Below, in pieces: positions 53,901 to 64,000 of a stretch of 64,000 nt of DNA. Under the pieces are notes generated by a model. It did not search any database. It was not told the origin of the DNA and saw only the letters and a program-made list of their open reading frames with translations. The position numbers and the translations under genes are program-made. Source of the DNA: Balanoglossus misakiensis (lineage: Eukaryota > Animalia > Hemichordata); the NCBI GenBank assembly GCA_040954595.2, contig CM082581.2, positions 7,184,699 through 7,248,698 on the forward strand, in the 5' to 3' direction. How positions within the stretch are numbered: position 1 is the stretch's first letter; each line of letters begins with the position of its first letter.

Positions 53901-56100
53901 ACATTCTCGATCATTAGTCCATACCATAACTATGGCAAAATGTAAAGGGAATGTTTTAATCACTGCCGCGAATGCGGTAAGTGCGATTGTCCTAAGTTTG
54001 CAGCAACCCGTGGTCACCCTTACAAAGTGCCCCGACGATACGGGATGCACTGAACAATCAATTGCAACAACCAAAGAGGGCAGAGATTCGTAAACAATTT
54101 AATCCAAGCAGCCAAAATAATGGCATAATGACGAATGTGTCTCTTTAATGTAAATCCACGTTTTCTGCTCAGCAAAAGTCTCAAATAATAGTGATTTTCA
54201 AATGCATCAATGACATTTCATTTTAATTCAGCGTACTGATCTAGTTCTATATTCCAGGATCTCTTTTGCATGACCTGAACGAACTTTGTCACGCCGCTCT
54301 AAGTTTGAGCAGGGTTACAGGTCACTCAAAAATATGCGATAATTGTACTTAGGCCTAATGTCGCGTTGGAAGATTCTCGAGGGAAGTTCGAATAAAAAAT
54401 ATGTACTGATTCTACCAATCACGGCAAGACACAATGCACGTAACCGGGGCTATTTATGTGAACGTTCATCAAAATAAAGAAAAACAACAACGCGGAAATA
54501 TAGTCGGATGTCCACGGCATTCTGGTACTGGAGCAAAGGTGAATTTCGTTTTGTTCTGTTTGTCGATGTGAAGTGCATGCCTGGCACATAATTGGTTAGA
54601 ATATGGTAAAAAAAAAACGTAGCGTAGGCTAAGTATTTGAAGTGCGAGTTGCCGAGAGCTCGTCGAGTCAGTTCCCGCCGACTGAACGGTTAGAGCAAGC
54701 CATCACGACAGGAAACGTTAACGAGCGGACCGGTGCTGAAACAAAATGGGAAAAATCAACAAACAACAATGTGGCTTTTGGAAGCTGATTTGGAGGCGGG
54801 TATTTAGACAAGTCAATCAGTAGCCATGTAAGTGTAGTGGTCTCTGGGCTTGTGATGTGGCGACTGGCGCCAAGATCTGTGTACCCCTTATCTAAATGCG
54901 TTGGCACCAACAAGTCCCAATTCGTGGCTGTGTCAGTAATTGGGCTCACTTTAGGCACCGGTTATCTACTAATACCGGGCTTTGATTCCGAATATTAGAT
55001 CACTCCGTACGTCTAGTGCCAATCAATTTCGATCATTTGCCGAATCTAAATATGTCAAAAGAGAAATAAATAACACTGCCGTCGTTCTGATATAGCAGCC
55101 CGTAGACGGCGTTCGTTACAAATACACAGCCCGTAGCACGACGCATACCACACACTCTTTTAGACGCTGGTCACATCCAGGTATAGCGGTGTGTGCGTTT
55201 CTCTTTTCCGTCTGGACAGTCAGTGCTGCCATCAGACGAGTGGTGTCTGCAGATTTCGCCCGTAGATGTGCGTTTTCAGCCCGTCGCAATGTGGTCGATT
55301 CCGAACAGTTTCATACCCCTGGAAGAGATAAGCGATGAAGCAATGGTAAGAGAAAACTCCCCGAGTAGTGTGTTCAGCTTTTGCTGCACAAAGCGACAGT
55401 GCTGTCGGTGTTTTGAGTCCACTTTCTTTTTTGATCTGCGCACAAGTTTGAGTCATGGGTGACGTGTTGGCTCCTCTTGGATCCAAATTTTGGTATTTCG
55501 TTGGTTTCCCCGTCTGTTGTCCATGGTTTTCTCGTGTACGCGTCTAAACAATGCTCAAGAAAGGGACAGTTTTCTGTCGGAGGTCAGTTTTATCGCAGTG
55601 AGCGCAAGGTGAATGCCACAGCCAACGCCAAACTAAAGTTGTCCGACACTTTATCACAACAATGCAAACTTTGTCGCGATAAAGGCTGGTCAAAGTTGTC
55701 GCTGGCTTTCGCCGGCAGATCCATTTTGTTTTTGCTTATCTTTATTTCCGTAAAGGGTGTCTTTAATATAGAGGTAAAACAATCGCCTACTTTGTTGAAA
55801 TACGCAATTTTCTTACATGTGTAAGTAAGCTGAATCAAGTTTTCGAGCGGTACACACATGCGCAGAACACAACAACGGTATACACACAAAGGAAATGGCG
55901 CGGACCATCAACAGGTGGTCGGGGCCCAATGTCAAAGACGTCGTTGTGACAGCCCCCGCCGACATCAAGGAGAAACCAATGACGCCTTTCTCACAGAGTT
56001 GACAGCCCTGTACAAGCAAATCACAGCCAATTTTACTGATCCCGGGTCTGAAAAGAGCTGCCCGAACAAAAGCGGTAAATACAGTCCGTTTATTTCCAAG

Positions 56101-56187
56101 ACGGTGGTCAAGTGGTTTGCAAATCGAAGAAAAAATGTAGCCGTTAATTGGTGTGAATTGGGTTCTTGTCAGATCACAAAAACCTGA
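56101..56187 (+). other. Homeodomain helix-3-like peptide (TVVKWFANRRKN); possible homeobox exon, relic or chance match
   Basis: Translation of ORF 55858-56187 contains VxxWFANRRK, preceded by a possible acceptor tccgtttatttccaAG (56099-56100). No convincing helix 1/2 found. Confidence 0.2.
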
Positions 56188-59100
56188 TCTGGACTGGGTC
56201 TATGCGAATAAAAATCGCCGTGGAATCGTTTTGTTGATTTTTCATGATCCCGTCTGGTCTCTCGTTCCGAAACACTGAGAGGTTGTGAGCATTATGCAAA
56301 CGCGAGGTCCGCTGTATACTGCGGATACATCTGTCTTCAAATGTTTGTTCTGCATATTGCATGCGACATTCACCACTGACAGATGTTGATATTTCTGCAT
56401 TTTCCGTCACTGGAACAGCATGGCAGATGTGAAATCACTGTCGAATTTTAGCGGCCTATATAGCAACATTTGAAAAAGCACTGGTTGCTGTTTCTTGAAG
56501 TCTCCTGGGGTGAAAGTGTTTAGATACTCTTTTAAGTCGTCTAGGTATATCAGACCAACTCAGTAATGCATTTTATTTTCACTTCGCGATGATTTGTCAC
56601 GGCCGCTGTCAACAATTGCCGACCAAAACATGACAAATCGCGGATATCGCGGTGCCGCGAACGATATTTCACGTTCTATCTACACATGTGTTTGACCAGG
56701 AGTGCCGCTAGTCAAATTTGTATTTGTGGTGTGCGTGCGGTGGTCAAGTTCAGGGTCAGCAGGTGTAATTATTTCGATAAAACTCCACTTATAGAACGAT
56801 TATCAACTTTTAAAGTCAATCAAATCAAACCCGTCTCTATTATAAGTGGCCTTCTCTTACGCGGCGTTTCTGGCGCCTGCAGGTCACGTGATTGTCTGTC
56901 GATTTTTGCCTCCGGGCTGTTTGAACAATCCGTTACCAGGTTTTAGTGTGTTTTGATGTGTAAACATCGCGACACATTCTCAATTACATCGACAAGTCTA
57001 TGAATATTAACGTTTTCATCTAGACAATGCAAACACAATAGGATTGAAGCGAGAAAAAAAGTCCTGGGTTCAAGGGTCAGATATATTAACTATTTTGTAA
57101 AATATATTAACGACATTGTCCATATTGATTGTACTACTTCGTCCTGATCGAGTATGTTATCCCTTATCGTTTTCAGTAGAAAAAAAACCCGACAGAAATC
57201 AGATGGTCAACTGCCTCTCGATAGTAGCTGTACCTATAGTTACGAATGTGTGGTAAATTAGCACGTATACGAGGCACACATTCCAAATAGTGCTAGAGCA
57301 TCCCAACAGTTACATTTGGTGTGCAAGTATACGAATTCATAGAATTCATAGAGCGCTGTGTCTCGCCGGGTTTCCTGGTCCAAATCTCCTGTCAGGTTTT
57401 AATGACGATTGTACTTGTTACTGCAGCAATAATTCTGAAACACGACAAAGGAAAAATCACTCCAAGCTAACTGCTATAACTACAAAACGGCTTCGACATA
57501 CAGCAGAAAAAACGGTTGTCTCTTGTGCCATCACTTTAGCTCGCATGCAGAAAAACAATACAGATTTATCATTCTGTAGCAGCAAAGTTCATAGTTTATA
57601 AATAAAGACACGAAACAGATTCCATGAGTTCCGTGAGATAAGATATTGATTACTATTTATCTCCAATGTCTCATCGACTTATTTTACTAAAAGCTATATA
57701 TATACTAAAATTCGTAATACTGTATATTAATTAAGCAGTCCGCTTGCACCTCCTCCAGTGCGTTTGAAGCTTGCCCATTGTCGGTAGTAAGATTATAATT
57801 TAATATACATAAATTATGTCCGCTGTCGATTTCTCTGATACATAAACATATCTGAATCCATGTTGCATAGGAGTACAGTCTGTTAAAATGCAAGAATACG
57901 TGCACACTAGAAACAATTCATCAACTGACATACTTATAATCGCACCTGTATAAATGGCATCGATAGGTCTAAAACTAAGCATGCTCTTCTTATACTGTGG
58001 TTAGAATCACGGAGACTAGAACATAATAAACAAAGAAAATTCAACGTAGCAACATCAAAATATGGTTTCCAACATTTGCACAGTATTACACATTGTAACA
58101 GTGGGGTAATCAGGGTATCATTATCCTTTGCGAGTCTAGACATCGTGTCGGACGACACGTATTAAATTAACATTCTAGCAATCTTTAAAAATGCGCTAGG
58201 CAAGTCTTCGGGTGGGGTCTAAGAGACACCATTGAGTAATTGACCACAACCACAGTAATATCCAAAGGCGGGTGCATTCCACACAACATTTGAGGGCAGC
58301 GACTGAAAACACACGAAAACCATTATTTTGAATTTCTGCCAGTGGACCTCGTTAAAAGCAGCTTGTTAGAAGAACAAGGAGTACGCCTCCGAGCATGCGT
58401 AACTTAAAGGACTTGAAGTACCCTGGGCATTTTGCCACTGAGAATTATGAAAGTTAGAATTAGACTATTGCCTGCTGTCATCTGGTAATCAGTGGGTGAG
58501 GGGGGAAGCCTTTCTGCTACTGACACGGCAACCAGGGTCAAAGTTTCCCCTTGGCCTTTTGAATTACTGTACTTAGTTCACATAAATCAATGACTTAAAT
58601 TGCCAAGGTGGCCATACATTGTTCGTTTTCTTCTTGAAGTTATTGTGTGTGCAGAAAAGCGCGGGTACTAGTAGCACCTGTTGGAATGCTGCCGCGATTC
58701 AACTCGGCGTTTTCGCGTAAGAACGTTTATTGAGTCGACCTGTAGCGAGGCGATGACGTTTGATAATTAACGAATGGGAAAGTACCTATTTTAGCCAATG
58801 AATTTCGTCCAAGTCAAGTTTTTATCGCCAATGTGTATATATAGGATAAAGGAATAAAAACCCGCAGACACTCGTACTCGCATTTTACACGGACTCATAT
58901 TGCGGATTTTGGTAAAAGGGGAAAGTGGTCCACTCTATATTGGTCACATTGTGTGGCTATTCTTTGTAGCTAGTAGATTTAAAATTAAGTAAGAAATGGC
59001 TTTTCCCAACGATGTTATAGCTCAGAGTCTTAAACCACCAATGACAAGGGGAAATCAATCAGTTTCATGACCTGTAGCGGAAAACACTGAAGATAGAGTG

Positions 59101-59369
59101 GTCTCTTCAGAAATGTCACGGTACAAATCTGGTCATTAGGCGTTGCAGCTTGTGGTAAAATTCACTACATTTATTCACTTATTTCACTGAATTATAGATG
59201 TTTTTATTCTGTCCTTTGAAATTAACTCCTACCCATTCTGACGCAAGGTCAAGGGCGATGCTGTATTACTGTTTTCCGATCCACTTTCCATGCGGACAAG
59301 AGCATCATTAGAAACATTTCCCTTCGGCACACGGTAAACGTTTCCCTCAGTCACTAACTAATGCGACTC

Positions 59370-59535
59370 AGTCAGAGAGAGAGAGAGAGGGAGATGGGAG
59401 ATAGTTAGAGAGAGGGGGAAACAGAGAGAGAGGCGTGTAGAGATTGAACACCATCCTTAAAAAACACCATAGATAGAGAGGGGTGGGTGGGAGGGGAGAC
59501 GTACAGAGAAGGGGATATGCCAGAGGAGTAGAGCG
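59370..59535. repeat. Degenerate GA/purine-rich low-complexity tract
   Basis: gagagagagagagagggagatgggag...agagagagggggaaacagagagagagg. Confidence 0.65.
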
Positions 59536-59663
59536 ACATTTTACCGTAAAGAGGCAAAGACTGTGTACTTTTTGGCATCTGGTTTTACTATTTGAGGGAA
59601 TAATTGCAACCTGAACCGACATCCACTTGGAAAGGAATGCTGCCTATAAGAGGCCTCGGAGTT

Positions 59664-59691
59664 TGTTTATCCTCGATGTTTCCACGGTAAC
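59664..59691. promoter_or_regulatory. Forkhead-type TGTTTAT site adjacent to RFX X-box GTTTCCACGGTAAC
   Basis: TGTTTAT at 59664-59670; X-box at 59678-59691. Motif match only. Confidence 0.3.
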
Positions 59692-61575
59692 AGTGCAACT
59701 TGAAGGAAAATATGGCTGCACCACATGACAAAAAAGTTTGCGGCAAATCTCGTGCAATTCCCACTTACAGAGTCGGAGAAATGTTGCCGAATATAATATT
59801 TATAACGTGCGCTGCATTAATTGAGTGGCAAATTCCTGTGTAATGACGTATTTGCTTTCTAGATACGTGTACTTCAAAGCGATTGTTGAAGCAGTGATAT
59901 ATACTTAGTACAAAGGCTTTATTCCTGAGCAATGGTTGATAATGTACGATTCTGTGCGAACTTAATGCTTAGACAACCCCTATCCTTAAAACCACGAAAC
60001 TCGACAATGGAAAAGCCTCCAATGGGTGATTTGTTAAGCGATTGCAATGCGATAGAAATACATCTCATTCAATACGCTCCCCCCCCCCCCCCAAAGTCAC
60101 CCTCTCCCATCTCACTTGCCGGAGGGAACAATGACGTCACGAGTCGGAGCGATCGGTATTCTGCGCACGACTTTCAAGTGTCGAGTTCGGCGGACTACAA
60201 ATTGCGTCTTTTTAGTGGGTCTAAATAGCTCGGCGTTTTACGTGAGTTTTGCTTAATTGGAATAGAAAAGAAGTAAGACAAGAGCCCATTATCCCTTTAA
60301 ATTTATCGCCAGATCTCGTTGGAGGTATCTAGTAGACTCGATTTGCCTATTAGCGTATTAGGACGCAATAATAGCCGACAGTTTGTAGAATTCGACGCTG
60401 CGCGATATGGCTTATCAATGGCCGGTCATGCTGCTTATGTATGCATTCCCAACGTACGAGAGGAGTCACTCGTCTTCGTGGAGAGGCACTCCACCTCCAC
60501 GGTGTTGCCCATTTGTCTGTCTCGACGGACTCGAACAATCGCTGTGTCAGGACCGTGCGGGCGAAATGAAAAGCCCGCCGACTTCGGTAAGCACGCACAC
60601 GCTGAATGGCCCTCTGGCCATCACAATGGGGAGCTCCTTGTTGCGGCAGTAGTTTCGAAATCATATACCGTGCAACTCCGCACTTCAAACGGTCCCCTCC
60701 CCTTCTTCCGCAAGTGCCGTGTATATAGTATAACGGCCGTGATGGCAGAGAAAATAAATCCGGCAATTTTAAAGTCACCGCGATCCCTAGAAAAGAAGTC
60801 AAAAAATCGAACCCTGGTAAAATAAATCAGCAAAAATTATATCTACGGCTTCCTAAACAAAGTCGAGTCTAATGCTATGGCTCCTGAAACAAAAGAGCCG
60901 AAAACGAAACGCAACGGAGCCATACAGAAATACAATTAGCAAGCTCCCTTTTACTTATTTGTGCCTTCAATTGGGGGATATTAACAGATGAAAGCGGAGA
61001 AAACACACGAAAAGAAAACACAACTTAGCGATGGCGGCTAAAAACGCCAGCGTTTGTTGTTATTATTGATAAAAGGGCACCGCACGTCGGCGGTTTCCGA
61101 TGCGAATTTAGTATAGGTATGAGTATCGCTAATAGCACGGAACAGGCCTCAAATTGAGCCAGAAATTGCCAAATTTAGCGGACTGTGTTGTCTTTATCAA
61201 AGGTAATCGATACGTCATCTAAAGGAGGGATGGGCACGGTGTAGAAATGATACGACACCCGAGACATTTCTCATCCAAAACAACAATAATCGACCGACAA
61301 TGAGCGCCAGATGCCCCCTTTGTGGAGGGATTGAAAGTCGATTTGGAAAAAAAGGATGGCCGTTTACAAACGAGTCTTTCAGTGGGGTTACAGACGACTT
61401 AAATAGACATGTGACTATTCGGAACCAGCGAAACATAACCATAGTCAATTGAAGTGAGATCTGGCGCCAGTGCAGATTAGCGTAGGCTAAGCAAATCTTT
61501 GAAGTCGGCCTGCCCAGTTCACTTTCGTTCGGCATGAGGCGAATAGCGATCACAGAGCCAACTCCAGAGAGCGGA

Positions 61576-61740
61576 CCGCCCTGATTGGCTGATCAAGTTT
61601 CCCTCCCGACCAATCAAAGCGCGCAGCCTTATCGGCCACAGGAAGTCACTCTGAAGGGGTTTATTTACCAGATATCTCTGTTCGCACTTCATCCATTTGG
61701 ATATAAAAAACCATCAATCTCAACCTTCAAGTTCATTGCG
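61576..61740 (+). promoter_or_regulatory. Pol II promoter: GC box, two CCAAT boxes, ETS site, TATA box, initiator
   Basis: CCGCCC 61576-61581; ATTGG 61584-61588; CCAAT 61610-61614; CAGGAAGT ~61639-61646; TATAAAA 61702-61708; Inr-like TCATTG 61733-61738, about 30 bp downstream of the TATA box. Confidence 0.65.
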
Positions 61741-61825
61741 AAGGAAGAACATTTTTCCTTCTTAAAGTCTCAGAACAAAGCGGACCCTTTCCGTCAAGTT
61801 ACCCCTGAAGAACAAATCTGAGACG
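61735..61825 (+). other. Probable first (non-coding) exon of a gene running off the right end of the window
   Basis: Starts at the Inr, contains no ATG and ends at consensus donor GTAAGT (61826). A possible next acceptor, tatcttgcAG, lies at 62091-62092. Confidence 0.55.
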
Positions 61826-64000
61826 GTAAGTTTTCGCGAAGCAAATTTTTTTTTCTTTGCGTCGGGTTCCCCACTGCATTAGGAAGTTGAATTTGACTTG
61901 TTGAGCAATGCCTGCAGCAGGTTTTTCCCGCCATCATACGTCAATTGACCTTGAATTTCGACCACGATTCGCCAAATTCAGGTGCATATAAAAGAAACGT
62001 CACTTTCCTTTATTTTCCTTATTCGCGTGGAAACTTGCAAAATCCAAATATTGACATTCAACTATTTGGCATTTCTTTCATATATCTTGCAGAGATTTCT
62101 GAGAAAAAATATTGGATCATAAAGAAAACAAACGTTAATTTATAATTTCGTGTAATTTCTTCATTCATTCGTTCATTCATACAAAAACTGTCACACTAAT
62201 TAACCGGTGGACGATTTTCTCGAAGAGGACGAGAACCTGCGATGATTACCATTCAATGGGTTATGATAGGCTCCCCAAACACACAATCAAATGAAAAGCG
62301 CAAACATATAAGATTTCATACCTGGACACTAAAATAAACATTGACCGCGTTTGGAATTTTAAACTCCGACTGCCAAACATATCAAGAGACTAGACTGCGC
62401 AGGAATTAGCTTTTATAGAGCTTCCCAACTGGTAGATAATGTCTCTCCCATTGTTTGCCCATGGGCACTTTTCGGCGCCAAACTGGCCCGTTCACCATTA
62501 TGATTCGCTCACGCCGTGGTCCGATTATTTCTTGTGTTTTTGACTGTCAGCAAACACGTCCGTTTTAAGGACAACCTGTTTTCCCTTTCTTTATTGTCTG
62601 TGAGAGATACGATGCATGATGATGGGTTTTGCGTTTCACACACTGTCTTTTGGAGAAGGAAAATGTCCGTTACTTATAAAAGATGTTCGACGTTCAGACG
62701 TCGAGATTAGTTGAAAGACAAGGCTCAAGACGCTGAGATTTCTTCAGTCAATCATTAATCCAACTCTAAGAGAGTGCGAGATTATGTGGCTCAGAAAATT
62801 AATTGATTTTTGAAACATGTGCAGAGTACAACAAAGTTACCGATTATTCTTTTGTGAATAAGCATAGGCGATCTATTGAAATATAACACAGCTAGTGCGA
62901 CTAAGTGAAGAAACTCTATGACGCTAAAAATGAGAATAAAAGTTAATATTTTGCTTTAAAATAAACAGCATTTCCCGCCAATTGACGTGGTGATTGAGAA
63001 CATTATTCAAGTCTGGCGATGCGAAAAGTTTGTCTAAAAATCTAACCGTTTTAGGCAGAAATGGTTCAGAGAATATTAACTATTAAGATGAAAAAATAAT
63101 CAAAAACCTTTCTTTGAAGGAATCAGAATCTCCAAAGAGGGAAGAGTGGTGTGCTGTGTGTACGAAGACAATTTATTTCGTCTTTTTTGCAAATACTTTA
63201 AGTTATAACACTCGTAACCGACATAAAAACGCTTATGAAGTTCAGGCATCACTCCCGATATTGATGGCCATTGACTGTTTCTGGGTGTTATTTTAAGGAG
63301 GAAAGAATTGCTGTATTTTACGATCATGGATACACTGACATACAAACAGAATTTCGCTATTGTGTTTGCTTTGCCACACGTGCCGGTGAATTCCGGACGC
63401 CATATTTCATGGCCAGAACCTCCCCGCCCCTAATTTTTCAACGAATAAAGCGAAGCGGTACCTCAAATTCGTAAATTTGAAACTGTAAGAGCGGCTCGGC
63501 CTGACGAAGATCTCTGCTGTGGCCGTCGGCGTCGCGTCGGCGTCGCGTCGTCAGCTCGGGTCCACCGAAAGGAACAGTCGGGGTTTACATACAAGTTTCT
63601 GTAACTCGTGGGTGGGGGATCTAGCGGCAACGCGATGACTCGGCGCATGTCATGTGTATTATTGCCTGAATTACGGGGCGAAAGGCGCGCGGTTAAAAAA
63701 TAAATTCCAACCAACGACTCTGACAAATATTCAAGTTGAGGATGTCGCTCTTCAGGTCTTGATAGTCAAGACGGTACCGGAGTGATTTGCGAAACGACAC
63801 GAACTAACAGGATCGACATTCAGCCATCGACCATCCGCACTTCTATACTAATTGGAAGCCGTTTCAAAAAAACTAATCGCAGCTTACAGAGGAGAATAAA
63901 ACCGCAAAAAACACGAGTATCCTCATCTTAGTCTCCGTTGACTGGCAATTATTATTCCACGCTCACCGGGTTTTTTTCTCTACAATTTAGAAAAGACCCG

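Noticed and set aside
1-64000. Prokaryotic systems (CRISPR arrays, operons, defence islands, phage genes)
   Set aside because: Very low coding density, spliceosomal signals and microsatellites indicate eukaryotic DNA; no regularly spaced repeat-spacer array was seen.

Overview
Eukaryotic genomic DNA, mostly non-coding, with GT-AG splice signals, microsatellites, poly-G/C runs and little visible CpG depletion. The overall texture suggests a marine invertebrate such as a hemichordate or other invertebrate deuterostome; that assignment is an impression only. No prokaryotic operon, CRISPR array, rRNA, tRNA or recognisable transposase was seen, and most of the ORF track looks like noise. The best-supported content is: (1) two convergent, unrecognised genes, each dominated by one ~1.3-kb final coding exon (A: + strand 26584-27881; B: - strand 33439-32151). 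Both encode largely disordered ~430-460 aa proteins with phosphatase-docking-type short motifs, an xxWL segment and an acidic tail. (2) A 795-bp TTAA-flanked foldback non-autonomous DNA transposon (43979-44773). (3) A clear CCAAT/TATA/Inr promoter with a first non-coding exon near the right end (~61576-61825). Weaker signals include a possible small two-exon gene (7927-10263), orphan splice-bounded exons, an isolated homeodomain helix-3-like peptide (WFANRRK, 56113-56133) and several RFX X-box motifs. I cannot establish a new biological system from sequence alone; the motif-sharing convergent gene pair is the best candidate.
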